Origin: Azolla caroliniana
Lineage: Eukaryota > Plantae > Polypodiophyta
Length of the DNA: 64,000 nt
Assembly: GCA_043228905.1 (NCBI GenBank)
Contig: JBHGNT010000018.1
Location: 11,098,001-11,162,000 of the forward strand
Direction of reading: 5' to 3'
Positions 10,466 to 21,600 of the stretch are shown piece after piece. Numbering within the stretch: the stretch's first letter is position 1; each line of letters opens with the position of its first letter. Below the pieces are notes generated by a model. The model was not told the origin of the DNA, ran no database searches, and saw nothing but the letters and a program-made list of their open reading frames with translations. Made by a program: the position numbers and the translations under genes.

Positions 10466-13400
10466 TTACACATCCGTAGGTCCCTTCGGACCCTGACCGT
10501 TGTCCTTACGGGTTGCCGTGTCTTCCTTCGTCTCTACTACGGGTTCCCCGTCGTCTTTTTCTTCCGGATCGATCCGTACCGATCCCGGACAGGTTCCTGG
10601 TGTAGTGCCGGTGAGCTGCATAAACGGGTTCTTTGGCATCGGTCCTTTATAGCGCTTTAGTCGAAATCCATTCACCCACTTGCCTAGTACTTCCCCGGCA
10701 AGTGTCCCTATCTGATAGGACCCGTTGTATTCCCGTGTCAGCCAATACGGGCCTGTCCATCTGAACCGGAGTTTACCCGGCATCTTGCCCATCCTCGTTT
10801 GGAATACTAGCACCGGCTTTCCGATTTCGAACATCTTCTCATTACCTTTCCGGTGACGGTCAACGAACGCTTTCCGTCGTCGTTGCTCCAGTTCCATGTG
10901 TAGGATGCTGGCCAGCCGTTGCTCCTCCAGTTCGCATAGTGCTGCTAGCCGTATTTCCTCCGACTTCTTTTCATTCAGCCGTTCCCGTAGTTGGATCCGT
11001 AAGCTTGGTACCTGAAACTCGACCGGCATGACCGCTTCTAAGCCGAATGCTAACCGGAACGGCGTTGTCCGGATACTCGTTTTGTATGCCGTTCTGTACG
11101 CCCATAGCGCACTATGGAGCTTTGTGTCCCAGTCCGTCCGGTTTTCATTGACAATTTTGCGGAGAATGTTCTGCAGCGTTTTGTTGGTGGACTCTGCTAA
11201 CCCGTTCGCCTGTGGGTAATACGGTGTGCTTCTTTTATGGACCACGGCATAGAACGTTGTTAAGCTTTCCACTACCTGGCCGAGGAAGTGGCCTCCTTGG
11301 TCGCTGATTAATTCAATCGGACATCCATATCTGCACCAAATGTTTTCGTACAGGAATTTTGCTGTGGATGCCGCGGTGTTGTCTCTCAGGGCCTTAGCTT
11401 CCACCCATTTAGTGCAATAATCCGTTGCCACGATGACATAACGATTACCCGTTCTCATTGCCGGTGGCTTGAACGGTCCGACAAAATCCAACCCCCACTT
11501 CTGGAATGGCTCTAGTGGAAGTACCGGTTGGTGTGGCATCCGTGCTTGCTCCGTAGGCTGGCCCATTCGTTGGCATAGGTCACATTCCTTAGCATACTTG
11601 ACGGCATCTTTTAGCGTCGTGGGCCACCATAAGCCGCTCTGCCATACCTTTCTTGCCGTCGCTTCCCCGGCATAGTGTCCTCCGGCAACCCCACAGTGTG
11701 CTTCCCGTAAGATTACTTCTTTCTCGTCACTACGGACTGCCCGTCTCCATATTCCATCTGCTCCTTTGTGGTAGAGAGTGTCCCGTAACAAACAGAAATT
11801 GCGGCTCTGCACCGCCAGTCGTTTCCTCTCGTCCCGGTTCATTTCCTCCGGTGGCAGGCCCGTGCTTAGGAACTGGTGCATGTTTGTCAGCCATTTATCT
11901 TCTGATGCCACCGTGTCGTCCGCTGCCGTTTCCGGGGTGATACGGAATAACTCCGCGTCCGGGAATTCATCCGCTACTCCGTCGCCTGGTTCTCCGGACT
12001 CTAACCGGCTTAGATAGTCTGCTACGGCATGCTGGATACCGGGCCGGTGGAAAATCTCGAATTCGAACTCCTGCAACAGCAAGGTCCAACGGGCCAACTT
12101 ACCGGTCAGGGACGCCTTGGAAACTAAGTAGAGGAGCGCCGAGTGATCCACATGGAAGGAGAACTTCCTTCCCAATAGGTAGTGACGAAACTTTGTTACA
12201 CTGTAGATCATGCCCAGGGCCTCCCGTTCCGTCGTTGAATAGTTCTTCTCCGCTTGGGATAGTTTCCGGCTGGCGTAATATACCGGCCGGTACCATTTAG
12301 GCTCCGTAAGTTGCATTAAGGCGCTGCCAATAGCGATGTCGGACGCGTCCACGAACACGTGAAATTCCTTGCTCCAATCCGGAGGCTGCACGACGGGTGC
12401 TTGCGATAAAAGTACCTTCAGGGCATTGTATGCCTTATCCTCCGTATCCGTCCATTGGAACGGTGTCCGATGTACCGCGGTGTGTAATGGTGTCGCCAAG
12501 TCCGCCAAGTGACGGAGCATCCGGCTGTGCCACCGGATTTGTCCTAAGAATCGGCTTAGTGCTTTGGCCGTTTTCGGCGCCAGTGCCCCTAGTATGGCGT
12601 TTACTTTGTCCGGGTCGACCGCAATGCCCTCCTTACTTACGATGTGTCCCAGCAATATTCCACTTGAAACCCCAAAGATGCATTTTGCTGGGTTTAAGCT
12701 TAGCCGGTATAACCTACACTTTTCAAGGCATAACCGTAGGTGCTGCAAATGGTCTTTTCCCCGGCTATAAACTACAAAATCATCCAGGAAAACTTGCATG
12801 AAGGCAGGAATGTATTCGCCGAAGATCTCCATGATGATTCGCTGGAACGTTGCTGGTGCCGTTTTTAGGCCGAACATCATGACTTCGGCCACAAACACCC
12901 CCCATTCGGTGACGAACGCTGTCTTTTCCTGGTCGTCCGGGTGCATCCGGATTTGATTGTACCCGCTGAACCCGTCTAAAAAGCTATAAACTTCATGACC
13001 GGCGACGGCATCCAGTACTCCGTCCGTGAACGGAAGAGGGAATGCATCCGTAATTGTGGCGGCATTTAGTTTCCTGTAATCAACACACACACGGATTTTA
13101 CCGTTCTTCTTGGGGACGACGACGATGGGGCTCAGCCACGTCGCTTTCTTTACCGGCCGGATGAAGCCCACTCTTAGGAGTTTGTCGATTTCCTCTTTTA
13201 CTTTGGCGGCGTAGTTGGGGTTCATTCGGTATCGTCGTTGCGCCACTGGTTTCGCGTCCTTGCCTAAGTGGATCTGATGCTGATATAATTGAGGGTCCAG
13301 CCCTCGCATGTCATCGTATGACCAGGCGAATACGTCGCGAAACTCCGTGAGAAGTTTGATCATCGCCGCTTTATCTTCCGGCTTCATTTCTTTGGCGATG

Positions 13401-16330
13401 TGTACCGGCTTTGATTCGTCTTTGCTTCCTAGGTTCACTTCGTCGAGCTGGGATGCTTTTACCCGTTGGGAAACGGCCATTTCCCGTTCCAACGCTTCCT
13501 GTGCTTGCCGTAATTCCCGAATCGCATCTTTGTCTGGTTCGGCTTCGGTGTCGTCCCGCTGCGGCAAGTATGCGGCTACGGCTTCAGCTACGTCAATCTC
13601 GAAGAGTGGTACGATCTTCGGATGTTCCTCCAAGTACTGGGCTTCTTCGTCGTCCGCCAATCCTTCAAGCATGTTCACACATTCCGCATACAGCGGTGTG
13701 CATTCCTTACCGTTGCTCGTCCGTGGTTGTGTCGGTACCCGGACCTTGGCTTTTCCGCGCCGGAAGGTAATCATATTTTTTCGCCAATTTTGCTTGATGT
13801 GTGCTGTTTTCAACCATGGTCTGCCCAGCAGCAGTGGGTACGCGCCTTGCGCCTGTAGCTGCAGCACTACAGCCGAGATGTGAAATGTGTGGCCTCCTAT
13901 GGTGACTTCCAATTTCCGTATTAAGCCCGTCGGCCGTACAGAGCTCGTATCCGCCATCCGTAGCCAGAACGGACATGGCTCCCATTCATGTATACCCAAG
14001 GCATCACACGTGCGAAGGCTTATTACGTTCACTCCGGAACCTCCATCGATTACTGTGCCGGGAAGTTCGTGCCCTTTGACAATAGCTGTGATCACCGGAC
14101 TACTAGTGTCCACCACCGTCGGTCCCTCCTCCGGATTCGAGAAAAGGACTGGTGCCGGTGGAGCTATACCATCTGTCATGACCGTTTTCAGTCCTTCTGT
14201 GAATCTCGGCACGAGCTGCAAGAGTCTTCCTAATGGTAACGTGATCTGACATTCTTGTAGTGCTTGCCATGTCTCGTTTTCTGGGTGGCTACCGCCGGCA
14301 CTCCCTATGGTCTTCGCCTTTTGCCGTTCCGCGTCCGCGACGTTTCTTTCATTGGCTTCCTTCACCCATTCCGTCGCCTGTTTTCGTATGGCCTCTTGTG
14401 TTTCCCATTCTTTGGCCATGCCTTTCGACCGTGTGGTTACTTGCTGTAAATCCGCCACTTCCGGAACCACCATATTAACTGCTGGTCGTTTCTCGTAGCT
14501 CTTTACCGGGCACTGGTTACTGTAGTGGCCTTCCTGCCTGCAGTAGTAGCAGTACTCTTTACGGGTATTGCTGGATTCAGCATTGCTGGTAGCCGGAGTC
14601 GGTCCCGTAGCGAGTGGTGCGTTCTGTGCCGGTTGGCTCCTTGGGGTTCCATGTTCCGGGTCCCTAGGGTGACCACCTTTCTTGAAATTACGTTTCTTAT
14701 TATTCTTATGTTTATTTCGGTAGTCCGGTCGTGGTGGATCGTAAAATCGGCCGTAGTCCTCCTGGTGCCTTCGGTAACCAGGGGAATGGTCTCTGTCGTA
14801 TTGCTCGTGTCGCCTGTTGGGCTCTCGATAACGGTCCGATCGCTCATACCGGTCGTAGTTATCACGCCGATTCCCGTACCGGCCATCATTCTCTTGCCTG
14901 TCTCCGTACCGGACATCCTGTGCCTGTCGGTACCGGTTCATTTTTTGCCAACGATCTTCCTCTTCGTCTTGGCTGCTTCTTGGCTCGATTCGTCGGACGG
15001 GTGGTGCTTGTCGGTTTAACAGGTTATACTCGCACCGGTCCGTTGTATGACTCTTGGATTGACAAATCACACACTGAGTGCGCATGGTGCACTCTACTGC
15101 CGAGTGTCCGGCATTCAAGCAAATTGTGCATTGAATTGCCTGCCGGAACCGGAGATCTTCCTCGGTGGGTAACGCCCGTTGCAGTGTTCCCAGCGTAAGC
15201 CATGAGCTTGTCTTTTCCATTTCTCTGACCCGGTCAATGACCTGATCGATGGTGCATCCTCGAAAGTCGATCACTGTACACACCGTGCGTAACGGTTCCC
15301 GGAGTGCGTTTAAAAATATCGTCCGTAATTCCTCCTCCGGGGGTGCACGGGCAAGCTGGCTATGCATTCGTTGGAAACGGATGACGAATTGGGGTATGCT
15401 TTCCCCTGCCTCCTGCCGGATCGTATAAAACAAGCCCACCATTGTCGTCTGGTCGACCTCCTTGTGGAAAAAATGCAAGAATTTTGCTTTTAATTCGGCA
15501 AATGTTGTGATGGTCGCCGGGTCCTGCGACCGCCGCCATCGTGTCGCTGGTCCCTCCAACGTGACTCCGAATTCCGCTATCTTCGAGCGTTCTTCTTCCT
15601 CCGGTGTCATTCGCTGGGACGTGTGATTTGCTTCCCATGTCTGCTCGAAGTCATCCACATGCGCTTCCGCATCCGGATCATCGCGGTACTTTGAGTATTG
15701 GAACGGCATGTCGTCGTCCAGTATTAAGCCGCGGTTTAGTGGCGTTTGTTGATATTTTTCCGGTTCTTTCTCCGGTTCCACTTCCGGTTCTTCTGCCGGT
15801 CCTTTTTCCGGTTCTTTTTCCGGCTCTTCTTCCGGTACCTTTGCCGGCTCTTTCGTTGGTGTTGGTGGCTTTGCTTCTTCCACTTCCGGTGTTGGTGGGT
15901 TGACGGCTTCCGTTTGCGGTTCCGGATAGCCCTGGTTGAGCGGTTCCGGTTCTGGAGTCGGCGCGGTATCCGACCTGTCGTCTTCCGGGCCGCCGGGGGT
16001 ATCGTTGCTGCTCCGGTAGTTCGTGTGCACGCTGTATCCCCCTTCGGAATCCGATTCGTAGGCTGAAAAGGCTTCTGCCTCGTTTTCTCCGCTTGCCAGC
16101 GCCTCCAGGAGTCGTTCGGTTTCCCGGAGACTACTTAAACTGCTTCCGTCGTCCTGGTGGCGAGTTTGCCGTAACCGGAGAGATTCCTCCGCGACTCTCC
16201 GGATCTCGTTGGAGAACGAACGATCCGAGCGAATTTCCTGCGCTGCTTGCTGGAAAGTCTCACGCCGTCTTTGCCGTTCTGCGAGACGTCGAGCTCGGTC
16301 TGTAACCAAGTCGTGCGTTGGTCTAGTCAT
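10466..16330 (-). CDS. Gag-Pol polyprotein, 1954 aa (gag, 3 zinc knuckles, protease, RT, RNase H, integrase)
   Basis: VIDGGSGVNVI protease; RVCVDYRKLN and VFLDDF RT; VDASD and DYLSR RNase H; HHCC, GLDFVGP, ISDQG and QANGLAE integrase. Confidence 0.97.
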   Translation of the reverse strand: MTRPTHDLVTDRARRLAERQRRRETFQQAAQEIRSDRSFSNEIRRVAEESLRLRQTRHQDDGSSLSSLRETERLLEALASGENEAEAFSAYESDSEGGYSVHTNYRSSNDTPGGPEDDRSDTAPTPEPEPLNQGYPEPQTEAVNPPTPEVEEAKPPTPTKEPAKVPEEEPEKEPEKGPAEEPEVEPEKEPEKYQQTPLNRGLILDDDMPFQYSKYRDDPDAEAHVDDFEQTWEANHTSQRMTPEEEERSKIAEFGVTLEGPATRWRRSQDPATITTFAELKAKFLHFFHKEVDQTTMVGLFYTIRQEAGESIPQFVIRFQRMHSQLARAPPEEELRTIFLNALREPLRTVCTVIDFRGCTIDQVIDRVREMEKTSSWLTLGTLQRALPTEEDLRFRQAIQCTICLNAGHSAVECTMRTQCVICQSKSHTTDRCEYNLLNRQAPPVRRIEPRSSQDEEEDRWQKMNRYRQAQDVRYGDRQENDGRYGNRRDNYDRYERSDRYREPNRRHEQYDRDHSPGYRRHQEDYGRFYDPPRPDYRNKHKNNKKRNFKKGGHPRDPEHGTPRSQPAQNAPLATGPTPATSNAESSNTRKEYCYYCRQEGHYSNQCPVKSYEKRPAVNMVVPEVADLQQVTTRSKGMAKEWETQEAIRKQATEWVKEANERNVADAERQKAKTIGSAGGSHPENETWQALQECQITLPLGRLLQLVPRFTEGLKTVMTDGIAPPAPVLFSNPEEGPTVVDTSSPVITAIVKGHELPGTVIDGGSGVNVISLRTCDALGIHEWEPCPFWLRMADTSSVRPTGLIRKLEVTIGGHTFHISAVVLQLQAQGAYPLLLGRPWLKTAHIKQNWRKNMITFRRGKAKVRVPTQPRTSNGKECTPLYAECVNMLEGLADDEEAQYLEEHPKIVPLFEIDVAEAVAAYLPQRDDTEAEPDKDAIRELRQAQEALEREMAVSQRVKASQLDEVNLGSKDESKPVHIAKEMKPEDKAAMIKLLTEFRDVFAWSYDDMRGLDPQLYQHQIHLGKDAKPVAQRRYRMNPNYAAKVKEEIDKLLRVGFIRPVKKATWLSPIVVVPKKNGKIRVCVDYRKLNAATITDAFPLPFTDGVLDAVAGHEVYSFLDGFSGYNQIRMHPDDQEKTAFVTEWGVFVAEVMMFGLKTAPATFQRIIMEIFGEYIPAFMQVFLDDFVVYSRGKDHLQHLRLCLEKCRLYRLSLNPAKCIFGVSSGILLGHIVSKEGIAVDPDKVNAILGALAPKTAKALSRFLGQIRWHSRMLRHLADLATPLHTAVHRTPFQWTDTEDKAYNALKVLLSQAPVVQPPDWSKEFHVFVDASDIAIGSALMQLTEPKWYRPVYYASRKLSQAEKNYSTTEREALGMIYSVTKFRHYLLGRKFSFHVDHSALLYLVSKASLTGKLARWTLLLQEFEFEIFHRPGIQHAVADYLSRLESGEPGDGVADEFPDAELFRITPETAADDTVASEDKWLTNMHQFLSTGLPPEEMNRDERKRLAVQSRNFCLLRDTLYHKGADGIWRRAVRSDEKEVILREAHCGVAGGHYAGEATARKVWQSGLWWPTTLKDAVKYAKECDLCQRMGQPTEQARMPHQPVLPLEPFQKWGLDFVGPFKPPAMRTGNRYVIVATDYCTKWVEAKALRDNTAASTAKFLYENIWCRYGCPIELISDQGGHFLGQVVESLTTFYAVVHKRSTPYYPQANGLAESTNKTLQNILRKIVNENRTDWDTKLHSALWAYRTAYKTSIRTTPFRLAFGLEAVMPVEFQVPSLRIQLRERLNEKKSEEIRLAALCELEEQRLASILHMELEQRRRKAFVDRHRKGNEKMFEIGKPVLVFQTRMGKMPGKLRFRWTGPYWLTREYNGSYQIGTLAGEVLGKWVNGFRLKRYKGPMPKNPFMQLTGTTPGTCPGSVRIDPEEKDDGEPVVETKEDTATRKDNGQGPKGPTDV

Positions 16331-16365
16331 CCATTACCGTCGTTCGCTGCGGGAAAGCAGGAATC

Positions 16366-16375
16366 GTGGTCGCCA
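16366..16375 (-). promoter_or_regulatory. Probable PBS (TGGCGACCAC, tRNA-Arg type) 6 nt inside the 5' LTR
   Basis: Minus strand reads LTR-CAGTTT-TGGCGACCAC; matches the recalled 3' end of plant tRNA-Arg(UCG) over 10 nt. Confidence 0.65.
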
Positions 16376-16381
16376 AAACTG

Positions 16382-16801
16382 TGTTATTCTCTTAGCCGGA
16401 CAAGGCCTAACACAAGGTGTCACGGAGACACTTCACCAAAGGGTGATTACGGCATAGGATTAAGATTCAACGATTACACCGACTTACGTAGGTTACACTA
16501 TTAGATTGCTTTGGTTAATTACACGCGTAAAATATAACAGTGATTACAGAACGGAAATCAAGACAGAAGTATAAACAACATAAGCTCTACTAATTATCCG
16601 CTGTCATTACAATGGGGTCCGGGCCTTTAAATAGGTTTCCGGCCCGTAGTACAAAACGGTGCCTCTCGCACCTATTCGGGATCCGTCCGGATCTGGAACG
16701 GCATACCGTTTCTAGTCCGTCCGTCCACACTATGCTCATTTACAACCATATCTAATTAATTCCTTCACTCCGTATTTTGGACTCCTTGCCGGCCGGTAAC
16801 A
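16382..16801 (-). repeat. 5' LTR of the young gypsy element
   Basis: Same 420 bp; TATA-like CCTATTTAAAGG on the minus strand. Confidence 0.97.
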
Positions 16802-16806
16802 GCCCC

Positions 16807-19800
16807 TAATTCTACAGCAGAAAAGGCAAAGTTATGGCTATCTCTTTCTGATTATGCGAGTTTAGCGGATTGTTGGTTGGTGGGAGGTGACTTTAATATG
16901 ATCGAGGATGTTGCTGACATAATGGGAGGTATAACTACTACAATTTCAGGATGGGAAGCTAAGTGTTGGGACTAATTTTGTTTTGTCTATGGTTTGCTAG
17001 ATTTATGGAAGGTGCATTCATTTTCACGTATACAAGGATCCCTTTAGTTTTCTAGATCAGATGGGAGTTTGGTTGCTACAAATTTGTCTCGACTAGATAG
17101 ATTTTATGCTATTAGTGTTTTTTGGGAAGCAAGTGGATCCATAGGAATTGGGATCATCTATCTCTAACCACGACCCTCTGAAGTTACATGTTACATTTAC
17201 TAAGAGGCGATACTCTAGGTAATCGTGTATCCCTCCTACATTGTTATCTGATGATAATCATCGGATGTCAATCACTCAGATATGGTCAAATTACAATTTC
17301 TCGGATGACTGTTTACTTAGCAATATGGCTCATGCCATACTCGATACAAAGATCCTATTCACAAAAATAGTTTCAGCCTCTGTTTATCACTGCAATTCAG
17401 AAATTGCCAACCTACGTCGTGCTCTTGCAGCAATACAACAATTGATGGAAAGGTATCCAACTTCATCTATGTTATGTTGTCATTTGCTGCAAGTAAACAA
17501 CAATTTAAGGGAAAAATAGTAAGCATGCTTGATGTTCTTTTACTATCGTAATGTTGCTCGTTGGTCGCAAAGGGAAGATCGGGTCAATAAGGAATTCTTC
17601 AATCAGTTTAAATGGAAAAATAGACCTCCTTCTATTACTTCTTTGAAGCGGCTTGATGGATCCGATACGCCAGATGTCTCTGAGATGCGAAGTATAGTCT
17701 CGGATTATTATCATAAGTAATTGTCAGATGTCTTTGAAGTAGCTTGATGGATCCTATACGTTAGATGTCTCTGAGATAGTTTTTACAAGAAACAAGTTGT
17801 TCTTGCAACTATTCAACAAAAGGTTACATATGGAATGGCCTCTCAGTTATTACAACCATTTACATCTGAGGAGGTTTTTGCTACGGCTAAATCCTTAGGT
17901 AAGGATGTTTGTCCGAGAAACAATGGAATAGGAATTGGCTTCTATTTGAATTATTGGGATTTTCTTGGTCCTCTCCTTACTAGAGCAATTAATTTAATAT
18001 TCTCAATGGGTAATATGCCAGCGGAATGGATAGAAGGAATCATATATATGATTCCTAAGTCGGATGCTCAATGTGATGAAGTCTCCAAGTGGTGGCCAAT
18101 AACATTGCTTAATGTTGTGTATAAGATTGTGGCAAAAACTATTGTTGTTAAACTACAAGTTGTATTGTCGTCTATTATTCATGACACACAATATGGCTTT
18201 CAGCAAGATAGAAGTATTTTTTATAATATCTTTTTGTTCTAGGAAATGGTTGCATTAGCTCAGCAACATAAACAACAACTTGCAGTATTATTGCTTGACT
18301 TTGAAAAGGCATATCATAAAGTTGATTAGGACTTTCTTGAGGCAGTGCTGTCAAGATTAGGTTTTCCTGCCACATGGATAAAAGGTGTTTCAGCCCTTTA
18401 TATGCATGCTTCTAGTTCAGTTTTGTTTGCTGGAGAATACGGGCCACTATTTCCTATCTACAGGTCTATTAGGCAAGGATGCCCTCTTGCCCCATTTCTT
18501 TTTATCTTGTTTGGGGACGCTTTGTCCTCCTACCTAAGATCGTCAACTGTTGGTATCAAAGGTATAGTATTACCTATTACACAATCCACTGTAGTGGATG
18601 TTGAGTTTGCAAATGATACAACCCTCTATGTTGACGAGGAGATTAATCTCGTCTGTGTACAAAATGCTTTGCGGGTTTTCTCAGATGCTACAGGTGCATC
18701 ACTTAACTGGAATAAGTCAGTTGGCCTTTGGGTGGGTGCAGGAACTCATCTTGAGTGGTATCCAGGTCCTGCTTTCCCATGGCTTCATCATGGTGAGCCA
18801 ATTCGATATTTGGGATGTATGGTTGGAATAGATTTAAGGCCAGAAGCAATGCTATCTCCGTTACTATTATCAATAAAACGTAAATTATTGTATTGGGATG
18901 CCCAACAATTGTCTTTTGTGCGCCGGGTTCTAGTAGCAAACACAGTACTATTGGCATCAATGTGGTTTATAGCATCTATGTGGCCATTTTCTAGATCAGC
19001 AATAACAAAAGTGCAAAGCTTGATCCGTAATTTCCTTTTGAGGGGGGAACATGGCTCTCCTACAGTAGCCAAAGTTGCTTGGAATGTGTTGATTCAACCT
19101 AAAATCAATGGAGGCTTGGGTTTGATAGATCCTTTGATGCAGTCAAGAGCTCTCTTGACTAAGTTTGTTATCAGAGGATTGTTGCCAGGATCAGAAGCTT
19201 GGAAAGGAATGTTTTTAAATCAGTTAATGCAGTTAACTCCTAACACAGGAGGAGCATGGTCACCCTCTCTAAAGTGGTTGTTCTTGAATGACGTGAAAAC
19301 GCCAAGGCGGAATCTTGCATCCAATAGTTTTCTGCTAGGAATCATAAGAGCGTGGGATGCAATTAAATCATTTTTGCTTAAGGACAAACCTTCTACCGGG
19401 ATGCATTACTTAATCAACCTATGCTTGCCAGTTCTCTATTTCGGGATAATGCAGGAAAAGTATTGGGCTTGTGAACTCACCTTGCTTGGGGTAAATTGGA
19501 TAATGGGCTAGTTGCGTCTGTAAGAACTTGAACTCAATTTCAACAAATGTCACAAGAAGATCAACTTGCACATCTACAATCAGTTCATGGTGCCAAGATA
19601 ACGACAGCTACCTTATCAACAACATATTCTTCATTTTTTACAACCTTCCAACCTAGGCAGGAACATCTATGGTTTGGATGCTTCACAAATGATACATTGA
19701 TGGTTATTAAGGGCGTTCCACCTAATGGTTGCATTTCTTATTTTGAGGTCCTAGACAACAATAGATTGCAATCTTATACCTTTGATTGCAGTTATCTACA

Positions 19801-20800
19801 GGACTTGAGAAGTGCACTAGTCAGAGTGGTTGCTAAAACTAGAAAGAAATGGGTCCTTGATCCTTATCCGTCAATTGCTCATATGTGTGATATCCTGTGG
19901 TTATACGCAAAAGATCTTGTTGCAAGATTAACATGGGATCCGGGGGGTTGGCTTTGGTCACACTCCTTGGGGGAAAAGATCGTAAAAACCCCCTTCATTC
20001 AGTAATCAGTAAAACTGGGAAGATCATTACTACTCTGTAGGAATGTAATGATACCAGCAGGTCAGAAACATTGGACCAATTGAGGTCTCTCAAATTTGCA
20101 TTTGAGAACCTACTAGAAATGGATCTAGTCATTCAAGGGCCCAACTAAATTTATTCTCTTTCGATGGTTATTAGTGCATATGACACTACTAGTTGGTCAT
20201 TCATTGGAAGGGAATGTAGCACCCAATTTGCGGCAATGTAGCGTTTGCCATGAACCTCAGGAGACTACCAAGCATGTCCTATGGTCTTGTTCTTTTGCTC
20301 AACAAGTATGGAAGAACGTCATGTCTTTATTCCTAACAATCAATGTAGGTTGCTTATTCTCATGGGGATCAGCGATATGGGGAGTATTACATTCCAGCTT
20401 GATGTTGTATGAGACAAACGATGTTCATGAGGCAATGAAAATACATAATAGAATATTGATATTAGTTAGTCCCTTCCAGCAACCTCGAAAGTAGGTGCGA
20501 TCTATCCAAATTTGGAAAACAAGGACCACAATAATGTTATGGGCATTATGGAAATATCGATGTAACCAACTTTATGATGCGGTAGACATTCATCTCTCAG
20601 ATGTGTTGTTTGAGGTATGGGAGAACATGCTAGTAGTAGTCCGTGCCAGTATGATAATATGCAGGGTTCCCCAGATACTGTGAACAAGAAAAGGAAAAAG
20701 CTTCTTCACTTATGGAAAAAGGTGCCCTTGTTTACAATGTCAACTCAAGAGCCTCAATGGCAATATCGATTTCCATGGACTCTTTCTTGAATATCAACAA
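16807..20800 (+). pseudogene. LINE ORF2 remainder (EN end, RT, zf-RVT), degenerate
   Basis: GGDFN, SRLDRFY, LDFEKAY, RQGCPLAPFLF, FANDT (decayed YADD box), CSVCHEPQETTKHVLWSC; end coordinate approximate. Confidence 0.88.
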
Positions 20801-21286
20801 ATGTAAACATCTTCTACAAAGTTTGATATTTGGTACTAGGAGTATTTTACATCGTTGTATAAGAAAAGTTGTAACCTCCTTGGTAGCTAGGTTTAAGTTG
20901 TAGCCTTTGGGCGTTTTTTCTTAATACTATTGAAGAAAATCCTTTAAAAAAAAATATTGGCGGCTTCAGTTTACATATAGATATATTTGAAGCATATAAT
21001 TAATAACTTTTTAAGTTGGTGTTATCAATAAGACATCAAGTAGAGTTTTCAAGAACATGGAGGTGTCCTCAAAAGACCGTGTCTATTTTTTTCTAAAATT
21101 TATGTAATAATCAAGGTTGTCATCCTTAACAATCCCCCTTCCTGTCATCTCCTCCTAAGCCCATTAAGTTAGTTAGTTCACATCTCCCCCAATTTTTGGA
21201 TTCTTAAAAGACATTGTGATCAAGTGGCGTGCACTCTTCTCCTTTCCCCATTCAAATTACCTTTTGTTTATAATATATATTGTTAT

Positions 21287-21600
21287 TGCTGAAGATGAAT
21301 TGATACTTCCGAGGTATGTATATCCTATTATTCATAGTTACTTCCAAGGCACATGACATTGAAGAAGATGAATTGATCGTATGTATATCCTATTATTGCT
21401 TAAGAAGATGAATTGATACTTCCGAGGTATGTATATCCTATTATTCGTAGTTACTTCCAAGGCACATGACATTGAAGAAGATGAATTGATCGTATGTATA
21501 TCCTATTATTGCTGAAGAAGATGAATTGATACTTCCAAGGTATGTATATCCTATTATTCGTTGTTACTTCCAAGGCACATGACATTGAAGAAGAAGAAGA
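21287..21600. repeat. Tandem repeat, 113-bp period, about 2.7 copies, made of two related subunits
   Basis: GAAGATGAATTGATACTTCC recurs at 21291, 21404 and 21517. Confidence 0.9.

Larger units (their letters stand above)
6901..16801 (-). mobile_element. Intact, very young non-chromoviral Ty3/gypsy element with extra 3' ORF(s)
   Basis: 420-bp LTRs TG...CA differing at only 2 positions by eye; perfect TSD GCCCC (6896-6900, 16802-16806); uninterrupted gag-pol; no chromodomain. Confidence 0.97.
4645..20954 (+). mobile_element. Full-length decayed L1 LINE (about 6.4 kb once the gypsy insert is removed)
   Basis: ORF1 plus ORF2 (EN, RT, zf-RVT); A-tail at 20946-20954; probable decayed TSD AAATATCGATGGCTT (4630-4644) / AAATATTGGCGGCTT (20952-20966). 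Confidence 0.88.

Noticed and set aside
16351-16363. GGGAAAGCAGGAA as the PPT of a plus-oriented element
   Set aside because: It lies 18 nt from the LTR, and both the ORFs and the TATA-like box point to the minus strand; kept only as an alternative reading of the dual-PBS finding.
21287-21600. CRISPR-like repeat/spacer appearance
   Set aside because: Spacers are themselves repeated, the context is eukaryotic and there are no cas genes.
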